Assembly: GCA_964424705.1 (NCBI GenBank)
Contig: CAYRKB010000003.1
Location: forward strand, 1,956-65,955
Source of the DNA: an uncultured Victivallales bacterium
GTDB taxonomy: Bacteria; Verrucomicrobiota; Kiritimatiellia; UBA8416; CAYRKB01
Reading direction: 5' to 3'
DNA length: 64,000 nucleotides
Below are positions 29,006 to 40,269 of the stretch, piece by piece. The notes below the pieces were generated by a model, which saw only the letters and a program-made list of their open reading frames with translations, did not search any database and was not told the origin of the DNA. Made by a program: the position numbers and the translations under genes. Numbering within the stretch: the stretch's first letter is position 1; each line of letters opens with the position of its first letter.

Positions 29006-30904
29006 ATGGCTTCGCAGGACAAGGCGGCGGGCGGCGGCAAGCCGTGGTTTATCGACCAGGTGGCGCCCGGCCTGTGGACGGGCGGCGCGGATAGCGCGCC
29101 GGCCGTGGCGTGCCGCCTCACGGACCTCACGGAAATGGCCGCGGTCTTCTGCCGGTGCACGGAGGAATGCCGGGACGCGGTCCGTCGGCTGGAGCGGCTG
29201 GTTGAGGTGCGCGACGACCTGCCGGCGGACGAGGCCTGGGGCCTGGCGGAAAGGATGTGGCAGAGCCGCGGCGAGGCGCCGCCGTACGACAGGCGCGCGT
29301 TCGTGGCGCTGATCGCCGCGTGCCGACGGGAGGGCACGGGCAGGCTTCTCCATGCCCGGGATGCGGACGGCCGCCCGGCTGCGATCGCGCTCTTCGTCCA
29401 CGACTGTAACACGGCCTACTACGTGCTGGGCGCCGAGGATCCCGGCGGCCACGCCGCCGGGGCCGGGCTGGTGCTGATCTGGCGCGCCATCCGGTTTCTG
29501 CAATGCGAAACGAAGGCCATCGATTTCGGCGGCCCCGTCGGCCTGTTCTTCGGAGCCACACAGGCAAGTCCGGCCGCGATCGTGACGCCGAAGGGCAACG
29601 GGTCCATCTTCTACAAGGCCCGCGCGGCGGACACCGGCAACATGTGGGACACGTGGGGCTACTTCCACGAAGGGACGTACTACCGCTTCTACCTTGCGAA
29701 CAGCGGCGAGACCGGGTGGGATAATATTTCGCTGGCCACGTCCCCGGACGGTGTGAACTGGCGGGAGCGGGGCCCCGTCCTGCGCCGGCGGCCGAGCTCC
29801 ATCTGGATGGGCACCGGCTCCACGTGGAAGTCGCCGGCCTTCAGTCGCAACGGGAAATTCATGATGAACTTTTCCGCCAGCGAGGGCGCGCTGACGAGGC
29901 AGACGATTTTCTTCGCGGAGTCGACCGACCTCGTGCACTGGACGCGACTTGGCGACGAGTTCGAATTCAAGGGCGGCGGCCCGTGGTACGAGCCGTTCGG
30001 GCGCTGGGATTGCATCTTCACCATCCCGCGGCCGGGCGGCGGGCTGTATGGCTACTGGACCGCGCAGTCGCGGGACCGCACGCGCCATTTCGGGTTCGGG
30101 CAATCTGATGACGGCATCCGGTGGGAGGCGCTGGAGGCCCCGCAGGCCGATTGCCCCGCCGAGGGCGAGGTGGGCGCCGTGGCGCAGATGGCGGGTCGCT
30201 ACTACATGATGTACGGGACCGGGGGATCGATGGGCATGCTCACGATGGTGGCGGATCGGCCCGGGGGGCCGTTCCTGCGCGCCCGCAGGAACTTCACGCT
30301 CCTGAGCGGCCACACCTATTTCACAAGATTCTTTGAGTCGCCCGACGGAATGCTTGTCACGTACCACTGCATTGCCCGCGACGGGCAGGTCTACGCCGCC
30401 CCTTTCACGCGGGCGGACGTCGATGGGGAAGGCACGCTCCGGCTCTGCTGGTGGCGCGGGAACGAGAATATGAAGCGCGCCGCCGTGCCGCTTGTCGCGC
30501 CGGCCCCGTCCGCCTCGCCTGTTGCGATGCTCGGGAATACGCTGGACGTTGCGGGCGGAGTGATCCTCGAGGGCACACTTGCGCTGCCCGGGGCCGGCAC
30601 GTTGACAGGTCTCTACATCGAATGCGAGGAAGGGCAGGCCGTGGCAATCGTGCTTTCCTCCGATGGCACGGTGCAGGTCGGCCCGATCGGGCCGGACGCC
30701 ACAGGCTTCATGCCCGACAAGAAGGCCAACCGCGACGTTGCGTTCGGGAGGTCGGTCGCGTTCCGCCTGCTCCTGGAGCACTCGCTCCTGCAGTTCTACC
30801 TCCACGACGTGCTTATGGAAAGCTACAGCCTTCCCGCCAGCGCGACGGGAAGGATCGGCCTCCTCGGCGAGGCGGCCGCACAGCTCGCCTGGGCCGCGAA
30901 GTGA
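29006..30904 (+). CDS. Two-domain protein: N-terminal acyltransferase-like (GNAT/FemAB-like) region fused to a GH32/GH43-like five-bladed beta-propeller glycoside hydrolase domain
   Basis: MWDTWGYFHEGTYYRFYLANSG resembles the GH32/43/68 N-terminal catalytic WMNDPNG...YHLFYQ region. SPDGVNW and a beta-sandwich-like C-terminus are also present. Confidence 0.5.
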   Translation: MASQDKAAGGGKPWFIDQVAPGLWTGGADSAPAVACRLTDLTEMAAVFCRCTEECRDAVRRLERLVEVRDDLPADEAWGLAERMWQSRGEAPPYDRRAFVALIAACRREGTGRLLHARDADGRPAAIALFVHDCNTAYYVLGAEDPGGHAAGAGLVLIWRAIRFLQCETKAIDFGGPVGLFFGATQASPAAIVTPKGNGSIFYKARAADTGNMWDTWGYFHEGTYYRFYLANSGETGWDNISLATSPDGVNWRERGPVLRRRPSSIWMGTGSTWKSPAFSRNGKFMMNFSASEGALTRQTIFFAESTDLVHWTRLGDEFEFKGGGPWYEPFGRWDCIFTIPRPGGGLYGYWTAQSRDRTRHFGFGQSDDGIRWEALEAPQADCPAEGEVGAVAQMAGRYYMMYGTGGSMGMLTMVADRPGGPFLRARRNFTLLSGHTYFTRFFESPDGMLVTYHCIARDGQVYAAPFTRADVDGEGTLRLCWWRGNENMKRAAVPLVAPAPSASPVAMLGNTLDVAGGVILEGTLALPGAGTLTGLYIECEEGQAVAIVLSSDGTVQVGPIGPDATGFMPDKKANRDVAFGRSVAFRLLLEHSLLQFYLHDVLMESYSLPASATGRIGLLGEAAAQLAWAAK

Positions 30905-30910
30905 TCCTGG

Positions 30911-31783
30911 CTACTTGCCTACCAGCTGGCCGTCCTTGAACGCGCCGGATGTCAAGGATCCATCGGCAGCAACGAACGTTCCCTGGCCATCCATCTTGTC
31001 GGCCCTGAACTGCCCCTCATAGTAGCTCTTGTCGGGGAAGGTGAGTCTGCCGCTTCCGTCCATGCAGTCCTGCTTGAAGGTCCCGGCATAGCGGGTTCCG
31101 CCGGCGAACTCGAGGACCCCCGAGCCATCGAATTGGCCCATCGAGAATGTGCCCGCGTACCGATTTCCGTTGGCGAACGTCTTCACGCCCTTCAGCGGCA
31201 GGTTCCCGTCGAAAGTTCCCTCATACTTGTCGCCGTTGGCCCAGGTATAGACGCCCCTGTAGTGGTGGTTCTTCGCAAACTCGCCCTCGTACTTGTCGCC
31301 GTTCGTGTAGGTCCTGATTCCGCAACCGAACGCCAGCCCGTCGCGGCACTCGGCGACGATGGTGAACACGCCCACGAGCTCCTGCGTTGCCACACCGTCC
31401 GCCTTGTCCGCGACGAAGGAGCCCGTGTACTTGCACGGCTTGCCATCGTAGGTGCGCATCAGGATGCCCTGGCCATGCCTCTTGCCATTCTTGAAATCGC
31501 CGGCGTACGTGTCCCCGTTGGAGTAACGGAGCCGGCCCTTGCCTTCCATAGCGCCCTTCTTGAACTCTCCCTCATACTGGTTTCCATCCGCAAACGTCAG
31601 GGTTCCTCTTCCCTGCGCAACGCCCTTCACGAGCTCGCCTTCGTATTTGCTGCCATCCGCGAACATCACAACGCCGCTGCCGGCCGGGGCTGCGGATGAT
31701 GCGTTGCGCGTGTTCGATGTTGTGCTGCATCCCAACGGGAGCAACAGGGCCGCCAACGCGCATAAAGTCAGGACCTTCTTCAT
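30911..31783 (-). CDS. MORN-repeat lipoprotein
   Basis: Lipobox LPLGC followed by about 10 tandem MORN repeats (YEGEF.KG...G.G). A strong AGGAGG RBS precedes the ATG at 31783. Confidence 0.75.
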   Translation of the reverse strand: MKKVLTLCALAALLLPLGCSTTSNTRNASSAAPAGSGVVMFADGSKYEGELVKGVAQGRGTLTFADGNQYEGEFKKGAMEGKGRLRYSNGDTYAGDFKNGKRHGQGILMRTYDGKPCKYTGSFVADKADGVATQELVGVFTIVAECRDGLAFGCGIRTYTNGDKYEGEFAKNHHYRGVYTWANGDKYEGTFDGNLPLKGVKTFANGNRYAGTFSMGQFDGSGVLEFAGGTRYAGTFKQDCMDGSGRLTFPDKSYYEGQFRADKMDGQGTFVAADGSLTSGAFKDGQLVGK

Positions 31784-32075
31784 ATCGCACTCCTCCTGAG
31801 ATTCAGGACACAATCTATCGAGTTGGAAATCTAGCACTTCGCAGCGGAATTGCAAACGGACTCTCCGGGCCCGGCGGCGGGGCAGCCCGCATCAGCAGGT
31901 GGAACACCGGGGAAAGGAGATGCGTCTTCCCTCGCTGCGCCCGCGCAGGGCGCGCGAGGCGAGAATACTTTTTGAAACTCCCCGGTCGTTGTGGTAGCGT
32001 CCCCCAAATTATGGTTCACATTGCACAGTCGTCGGCCGCCGGTGTGCGGCAGAGGCGGAACGGAGCACAGCAGAT

Positions 32076-33572
<1,497 letters not shown>

Positions 33573-33593
33573 GCCCGGGCAACAGGCTTTGAA

Positions 33594-36371
33594 ATGTCCG
33601 CCGAAGACGTCCTGAAATCCTTCCATTCAGACCCTGTCTCTTTGGAAAACATTCTCGCGACGGGCGACGCCGGGTACATGGGACGGGCCGCCGCCTTCAT
33701 CCAGGTTCTCAACCGGCACGGCATCGCTCGCAGCCACATCGATGTGGAAGACTTCGCTGTCTTCCGGCACGAAGGCCTCGCGGGCGCGATCGAGCAGTTC
33801 CTGCGCGACAGCCCGCTCGACGCGCTCCCCCTGGAGCGCATCACGGTAAACCAGTATGTCGCGCCGGACACCTGCCGGGATGACCTGGCGCTGATCCGCC
33901 GGCAGCTGGGCGGGCATCAGGCGCGCATGGCGCATTACGCCACGCGCTTCAACATCGACATCCACGTGCGCCTTTTCGTCCGGGGGCTTGATGCGGAGCA
34001 GGCCGCCGCCATCGCGGGCTTCGCGGGCACCGGGGCGGTCGATTCGATCGGCTTCTTTCTCGACTTCGCCCGGTGCGAGCCGGGCTCCGCGCCCGCGCTG
34101 AGGGCCGCCCTCCGGGAGCTGTGCGCCCACGCTGCCGTCCGCAACCCCAAGGTAAGCTTTGGCAATTTCCCCTTCTGCTTCCTGCCGGCGGAGCATTTCA
34201 AGTGCCTGTACCGCGATGCGCTGGGCGCGCTGAAAGGGCAGATCGGCGCGCAGCGCAGCCTGCTTCGCGAGCTGCGGGCGCGGGAGCAGGCCTGCCACGC
34301 CCCATGCCGGGAATGCCGCTGCCGCACGCCCTGCTACGCCTACACGCAAATGGGAGAGTTTCCGGAATGGGCCCCGCAGGCGGTTCCGCGCCGGGAGCGG
34401 ACGCTGGCCTTTGCGGGCGGGAGCCTGGCGCCAGCGGAGCGTCCGGCCGGCGGCGATATCGTCTGGGCCGCTCCGGCGGCGCAGGGCGACCTGCTGGCTG
34501 CGGTGCTTGAGGGATTTGAAAACCTGCTGATCATCGACGGCTATTTCTATTCAAGATTCCCTTGCACGACGTTCGAGGTGATGCTGGCCCTGGAGGAAGG
34601 CGTCAACGTTTTCGGCGCGGCCAGCATCGGCGCGCTCAGGGCGGCCGAGCTGGACCGCTACGGCATGGTGGGCGTCGGCTACGTGTACGAATACCTCGGG
34701 CAGCGGGCCGTCAAGCCGTACCATGTCGTCGCCCAAACCTACGAAGAAGCGGATCGCCCGCTGACCTTGCCCCTGATCCAGGTTATCTACCTGCTGGAGT
34801 GCGCGCGGCGGGAAGGCGTTGTGGACGAGGCCGCGCAGGAGGCGCTGGGCGCGCTGGCGGAAGAGATTCACTTTACGGTTCTTTCCTTCGAGCACTTCTT
34901 CCGGCGGGCCGGGGCGGAGCCGCGCCTGGTGTCGGCGGCGCAGCGGCTGGAGGCCTACTATCGGGACAGGGGCCGTGCGTATTTCGACATCAAGCGCCGC
35001 GACGCGCTGCTGCTGCTGGACCGCTATCAGGCCATCCTGGCAGGGCGTCCGGGCAACTTCGTCCTGCAGGCGATGGACAAGGCGCGCATCGGATACCTGG
35101 GCGCCATAGGCGCCCGGTATCCCGCGGGACGCGACCTCGCGCTGCCGAAGCAATGGATGGCGCCGGCCGCCGGGCGCGGCCCGCTGCCGCCGATCGCGCG
35201 CGACAGCCGGGATGTGCCGGCGGAGCGGACGTGCGACCGGGCTCTGCGGTTCTTTCATGGCCTCGATGTTGTGGTCGCCGATACCACGCGCTACGACCCG
35301 GGCGGCAGCTACATTCTCAGCACCTTCTTTCTGCCTTTCTACTTTCTCGATTACTACCCGTCGTCCGCCACCGGCAACGGGAGTGCGCTTCCGGAGGCTC
35401 TGGCGTCGGCTTACATGGAGCTTGTTGAACGCCTATCGGCCTGCGCGGTGCACGTCGAGGGGCAGAAGGAAGGCGCGCGCGATGCGCCGCAGTTCCCGCT
35501 TGAGCTGATCCCGCAACTGTACAACTGGGGCGCGGATGCGGCGGAGAAGCAGCAGGCGGTGGAAACCTATGGCCGCGTCCTCGTCACGGACATCAGCGCC
35601 GGGCGGGACGTGCGCATACCTGCGCTGGCCATCCCTTTCAGGTATTCCGGCACGGACGGCTACGCGGCCGGCAATTCCCTGCCGGAAGCCATCCTGTATG
35701 GCGTGTATGAGGTCATCGAGCGGGATACGTGCCAGATTCACCACCTCGACCCCGTATGCCGCAAGGCGCTGCCGCAGTTCCAGGTCGACAAGGCTCGCAT
35801 CACGGACCCGCGCTGCCGCGCTCTGATGGCGCAGGCGGAGGAGAAGGGGTGCGACCTCGCGCTGTTCAGCCTTCCCAATCTCAGCGGGCTGCCCTGCGTG
35901 ATGTGCCACGTCTACGATCGCAATCGCCGCATCCAATGCCACGGCGGCATCGCCGTGCGTGCGGATTTCAACGCCGCGCTCCACGCCGCGCTGCACGAGG
36001 CGTACATGCAGTACATCACGTATTTTGTCGGCACGCGGGACGACTACACCTCCCATGCCCCGACGAAGCGCGCGCGCGTTGCGTATGAGAACGCGCAGCA
36101 GCTGTTTCTGGACGGGCCTGCTGCCTGCCCGGCGCTGCCGGCGCCGGTGCGGTTTGAGTCAGTTGGCGCGGAGCTCGCGCATGTTCTGGCGAAGGTGAAG
36201 GGCTCCGGGGCAGAGCACGTTCTGGTCGCCAACCTGAGTCCGCGCGATGAATACGAAGTCAAGTGCGTCAAGGTCATCATTCCCACCTGCGAGTTGTGGT
36301 TCTGTCCGCAGTACAGGCCCTCGTCCTTTCTCCCGGAGCGCGCGCGAAGAACGCGGGCTGCATTCCAGTAG
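33594..36371 (+). CDS. Tripartite fusion protein: unknown N-terminal domain (~290 aa) + TfuA-like domain + YcaO (cyclodehydratase/thioamidation) domain
   Basis: TfuA signature LLIIDGYFYSRFPCTTFEVMLALEEGVNVFGAASIGALRAAELDRYGMVGVGYVYEY. YcaO signatures SSATGNGSALPEALASAYMELVERLSA and SGTDGYAAGNSLPEAILYGVYEVIERD. Confidence 0.75.
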   Translation: MSAEDVLKSFHSDPVSLENILATGDAGYMGRAAAFIQVLNRHGIARSHIDVEDFAVFRHEGLAGAIEQFLRDSPLDALPLERITVNQYVAPDTCRDDLALIRRQLGGHQARMAHYATRFNIDIHVRLFVRGLDAEQAAAIAGFAGTGAVDSIGFFLDFARCEPGSAPALRAALRELCAHAAVRNPKVSFGNFPFCFLPAEHFKCLYRDALGALKGQIGAQRSLLRELRAREQACHAPCRECRCRTPCYAYTQMGEFPEWAPQAVPRRERTLAFAGGSLAPAERPAGGDIVWAAPAAQGDLLAAVLEGFENLLIIDGYFYSRFPCTTFEVMLALEEGVNVFGAASIGALRAAELDRYGMVGVGYVYEYLGQRAVKPYHVVAQTYEEADRPLTLPLIQVIYLLECARREGVVDEAAQEALGALAEEIHFTVLSFEHFFRRAGAEPRLVSAAQRLEAYYRDRGRAYFDIKRRDALLLLDRYQAILAGRPGNFVLQAMDKARIGYLGAIGARYPAGRDLALPKQWMAPAAGRGPLPPIARDSRDVPAERTCDRALRFFHGLDVVVADTTRYDPGGSYILSTFFLPFYFLDYYPSSATGNGSALPEALASAYMELVERLSACAVHVEGQKEGARDAPQFPLELIPQLYNWGADAAEKQQAVETYGRVLVTDISAGRDVRIPALAIPFRYSGTDGYAAGNSLPEAILYGVYEVIERDTCQIHHLDPVCRKALPQFQVDKARITDPRCRALMAQAEEKGCDLALFSLPNLSGLPCVMCHVYDRNRRIQCHGGIAVRADFNAALHAALHEAYMQYITYFVGTRDDYTSHAPTKRARVAYENAQQLFLDGPAACPALPAPVRFESVGAELAHVLAKVKGSGAEHVLVANLSPRDEYEVKCVKVIIPTCELWFCPQYRPSSFLPERARRTRAAFQ

Positions 36372-36819
36372 TACATTGCAGGCGGCGTCAAGCGACCACT
36401 GCCAGAATCAGGACTGAGACCACAATCCGTATGCCCCATGGTTTCGTTGTGGGCGACCCGCTTCCGTTCGCTTCTTCCTCCAGTTGCAGAGTGCGTCAAT
36501 TGCGCATGCCACGAGGACTCGGATTCCAGCTGCTCCGCCTTGTCGTGCCTCAAGGGGAAGAGGTGGTAGACCTCAAGCTTGAGGCGGTATCGGTCGCAGA
36601 GCAGCGCCCCGTCCATACTTCTCCCGAATCGCGGGGCGCTGTGCCGCCTCCGCGATGCGCTTTTGCCGTTTTCGTTAAGGTCTGGTCGCCGACAAGGTTC
36701 GGCGCCGGTCGCCGCATTCTCCGGGCGCCCTTACTCCGCTCCGTTTTGCAGCTGAACGAAAGAGGAAGACACAAACGACCGCAGACGAACAAGGACGCGG
36801 AGGATGTGGTGGCGTTAGG

Positions 36820-37011
36820 GCGCATGTGAGTTCCGGGGATCGCCGCCCGGGGGAGATGCGGCGAAGCTCGGAGAGAACGCGGCGGGGTCGCCGCATCTCC
36901 AGTCGGAGTTGCCCGTTGTCGCTCCCGGCTTGCTTCTGGAGTCGCGACGCCCTCGTCGCGGAGATAAAGAAACGCGCCTGAACGGAGAACTCCCCGGAAC
37001 TCACACGCGCC
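36820..37011 (-). mobile_element. MITE-like element copy 3
   Basis: Same TIRs. Flanked by a perfect 9-bp direct duplication gtggcgtta. Lies immediately upstream of aroD. Confidence 0.85.
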
Positions 37012-37087
37012 CGTGGCGTTATAGGTGGTCGTTTCTTTGTTGCCTGCCGTCCCGATCTGCCGTTACATATCCCGATTCGGGAGAAAT

Positions 37088-37849
37088 ATGAACCGCTTCT
37101 GTATTGGCAACCTAGTGCTGGGAGCGCTGCCGCGAGTCGTCGGCACGCTGTGCCGCCGCGACTCTCTTGCGGCGACGCATGATGCCGCAGGCTACGCCTG
37201 CGACATCGTGGAGGTCAGATTGGATGTGCTGGGCCATGGCTCGCTGGCATGGCTGCAGGAGTGCCAGGCGATCGAGCGCGCCGGATTCCCTGTCATCCTG
37301 ACCTTGCGGCTGGCGGCCGAGGGCGGCAAGTGGGAAGCGACCGACGAGGCAAGGGAAGCCATTCTCTCGGCTGCCGTGAAACATCTTGCGTGCGTGGACA
37401 TCGAGCTGACGAGCGTTCTCCGGGCCCGGCTCTCCAGCGCGGCCGAGCGGCTGAGGAAGCCCGTTATCATCTCCTATCACAACTTTGAGCGGACGCCCGA
37501 CTTCCCGGAGCTGCGGGAGATTCTCGAGCGGATCCTGGCGGTCCCCTCTGCCATCCCGAAGATCTCCACTATGGTGACCGGGGATGCAGACGTGGACACC
37601 TTAAAGAGGCTGTTCGACATTCAGCGCGCGCGGCCGCGCTGCATCATCGGGATGGGTGACAAGGGGACCACGACGCGCGTTCTATTCCCTTCTCTGGGCG
37701 GCTGCCTTGCCTACGGCTATTTCGATTCGCCGGTCGCGCCCGGGCAGATTCCATCCGGGGAGCTGATGCAGCGCCTCGGGGATTTGATCCCGGCGTATAA
37801 AGAGGACCTGATCGCCAGGAAGAAACGCGCGGGGAATGTCTCCGAATAG
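37088..37849 (+). CDS. aroD: 3-dehydroquinate dehydratase, type I
   Basis: Motif VIISYHNFERTP, the TIM-barrel length, and the active-site Lys region KISTMV. Confidence 0.75.
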   Translation: MNRFCIGNLVLGALPRVVGTLCRRDSLAATHDAAGYACDIVEVRLDVLGHGSLAWLQECQAIERAGFPVILTLRLAAEGGKWEATDEAREAILSAAVKHLACVDIELTSVLRARLSSAAERLRKPVIISYHNFERTPDFPELREILERILAVPSAIPKISTMVTGDADVDTLKRLFDIQRARPRCIIGMGDKGTTTRVLFPSLGGCLAYGYFDSPVAPGQIPSGELMQRLGDLIPAYKEDLIARKKRAGNVSE

Positions 37850-37965
37850 TCCCCGAATCCCTGCATAGCTCCGGATTGCTCGATCTGGAACTCAGGAACG
37901 GAAGTCTCTCCGCCAGAGGCGGCCCAGGCATTCAGCACCCTTGCGAATTGGAGCTTCCTCGTTGG

Positions 37966-38664
37966 CTATTGGCTCGCGCGCATGAGGAGGAGGCGGTTGG
38001 CGAAGGCTTTTGTCTTCGGGTCGCTGGCGGCGCGCGCGGCCTGCACGGTGCGCCAGTACGCGGCATCTCTGATCCAATAGCCCCAGTACATTCCGGCCCG
38101 CCGCACCAGTTCGTCCTTGGACTGCATGCAGACCTGGCAGAATCCGCGGCATCCGCTCATGTCCGGGAAGAAATCGACGGCCTGTTGCCATTGCTGCCCC
38201 TGTTCCAGGGAGCCCGTCATCGCCGCGGTGTCGCCTACCATCGTTGTGAGCCAGGCGCGTTTGCCGGGGCTGGTCTCCAGCTCGGCCCGCATGCGCTTGT
38301 GATCTATTGTCTGGCCGTGCATGGCCGTGTAAGCACCGGAAAGAAAGGCCTCATTCGGATCGCGCGTCTGGAGGAACTTCTTGCGCATGTAGGGCACGCC
38401 GCTGGGCCCGAAGTTGAAGAGGCGCAGCGCCAGGAGCGAGCCGCGCGCCCAGTCGCCCATGCCCCAGTCGCCCTGCCGGGTCATCTCAACCAATTCGTCA
38501 AAGAGCGGGGAGATCTGCGCCCCCCCTGCCAGAACGTCTTGCGCTGGTGCGGCCGGGGGCGGCTTGGACGCTGGAGTCCTGGCAGCGGGCGTCTGGGCCG
38601 CCGCCTGGCCGCCGCAAAGCGCTGCGCAAGCGGCGGTCAGCAAAACCATTCTCATTCCATGCAT
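37966..38664 (-). CDS. Secreted hypothetical protein
   Basis: Signal peptide MVLLTAACAALCGGQAAAQ. No recognisable domain. Confidence 0.45.
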   Translation of the reverse strand: MHGMRMVLLTAACAALCGGQAAAQTPAARTPASKPPPAAPAQDVLAGGAQISPLFDELVEMTRQGDWGMGDWARGSLLALRLFNFGPSGVPYMRKKFLQTRDPNEAFLSGAYTAMHGQTIDHKRMRAELETSPGKRAWLTTMVGDTAAMTGSLEQGQQWQQAVDFFPDMSGCRGFCQVCMQSKDELVRRAGMYWGYWIRDAAYWRTVQAARAASDPKTKAFANRLLLMRASQ

Positions 38665-38791
38665 ACTGTAACCTGCGGTCGTCCCCATTTCGGAGAACTG
38701 CCGCGGAGTTGCGCGGATCAAAACGCTGCCGCCTCAGATCCGCGTGGCTCCCGCGTTAATCCGCGGCTTCCCCATCTTGCCTTTTCTTTGC

Positions 38792-39659
38792 TCAAATCCC
38801 GACGCGCGAAACAAACTCCGGCACGCCCTGGACTCCCGGCCGCAGCACGAAGAGCGCGCCCGCCGCGGGCCCGTTTTCCGCCCGCCTGTCTCCGCCCGCT
38901 GTGGTGACGTACAGGTCGCGGCAGTCGTCGCCCCCGAACGCGATGCATGAAACGCGGCGTGCGGGGAAGGGGATGCGCAGGATCTCGCCGCCGTCCGGCG
39001 CATAGCGCACAACGCACCCGCCGTCCCAGCGCGCCGACCAGACGCAGCCCTCTGCATCGACGGTGAGCCCGTCTGGCTTGCCTTCCCCCGCGGTTTCAGG
39101 AACTCGTGCGAACACGCGCTGGTTGGAGATGGCGCCCGTTGCGCGGTCATAGTCGAACCGGTAGATCACGAGGCGCCCGGTGTCGGTGTAGTAGAGCCCT
39201 CCGTGATCGGGCGTGAAGCCCAGGCCGTTTGAGGTGCCGATCCCGTCGAGCAGGACGGTCAGCGAAGCGTCGCGGTCGAGGCGATACAGCCGTCCCGGGT
39301 GCGTGGGGGAGGTCATGGTTCCGCAGAACACGCGTCCCTCCGGGTCGGCTATGACGTCGTTGAAACGGTTGTCCGCTTCGTAGGGGATGTCCGCGACGAC
39401 CGGCGTGAGCGTGCCTTTACGCCAGCGCTGCACCGCGCCGCGCGCCATGAACAGCAGCAGGTCCCCGTCGGCTTGCAGGGTGAGCCCGCCGATGGGAATT
39501 CCGAGCTCGAACACTTCGCTCGAGCGCGCCGCCGGGTCGTAGCGCAGGAGTCGCCCGCGGGGGATGTCCACCCAGTAGAGGCGCTTTTCAACCGGATGCC
39601 ACAAAGGCCCTTCGCCGGTAATGCACTGATGGTCGGCAACAACTTCGGGCTGCATCATG
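38792..39659 (-). CDS. SMP-30/gluconolactonase/LRE-family beta-propeller protein
   Basis: EGPLWHP...LYWVDI, then NDVIADPEGRVFCGTM and PDGLTVDAEGCVWSA. Start taken at MMQPEVV (39659). Confidence 0.75.
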
Positions 39660-39765
39660 ATCGCTCGGCATCCTTCCGCATTGGACTTGCCCCGCGCATT
39701 GGTTATCCTTTCCAAACGCCCGAAACAAGTGGAATCGCGCGCCGCGCAAGCGCAGGAGAAAGAGA

Positions 39766-40242
39766 ATGAACGCAGCCCGCCCGATTGCTGTCCTGGCATT
39801 TCTCACGGTTTTGTTCCCGGCCCTGGCGGCGGACAACATGAAGGCGTTCCCGCCCGCCGACGCCGGCATGGTGCGCCATGTCCTGCTGCTTCCGCAGCAG
39901 AACGACGAAGCGGCCTTCAAGGTGGAGCTGATTGTCGGCAAGACGGTGGAGTTGGACGAGGGGAACAGGTATTTCTTTGCCGGCAAGATCGAGGAGGAGA
40001 CGATTGAGGGCTGGGGGTTTCCGCGCTACATGGTGAAGAAGCTGGGGCCGATGGCGGGCACGCTGATGGCGGTCGATCCGGACGCGCCCAAAGTGAGCCG
40101 TTTCATCACGCTGGGCGGCGAGCCGTATCTTATCCGGTACAACAGCCGCCTGCAGATCGTGGTGTATGCGCCCGAGGGCGTTGAAGTGCGTTACAGAGTG
40201 TGGAGCGCCGGGCCGGAAGCGAAGGCCATCGAGAAGGGCTGA
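39766..40242 (+). CDS. eco: Ecotin (periplasmic serine-protease inhibitor)
   Basis: Signal peptide, then AFPPADAGMVRHVLLLPQQNDEAAFKVELIVGKTVELD...EGWGFPRYMV...LIRYNSRLQIVVYAPEGVEVRYRVW, which aligns closely with E. coli ecotin. Confidence 0.85.
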   Translation: MNAARPIAVLAFLTVLFPALAADNMKAFPPADAGMVRHVLLLPQQNDEAAFKVELIVGKTVELDEGNRYFFAGKIEEETIEGWGFPRYMVKKLGPMAGTLMAVDPDAPKVSRFITLGGEPYLIRYNSRLQIVVYAPEGVEVRYRVWSAGPEAKAIEKG

Positions 40243-40269
40243 TTCTTAACTCCACCATCCGGGCGCAAC

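Noticed and set aside
28346-30805. 819-aa minus-strand ORF, the longest in the track
   Set aside because: Arg/Pro/Gly/Ala-rich translation with no motifs, lying antisense to the well-supported plus-strand genes (transglutaminase-like, GH-like protein). This is a typical GC-rich antisense artefact.
33627-36056. Several 130-240-aa minus-strand ORFs inside the TfuA-YcaO gene
   Set aside because: Antisense to a gene with strong domain signatures. Arg-rich composition.
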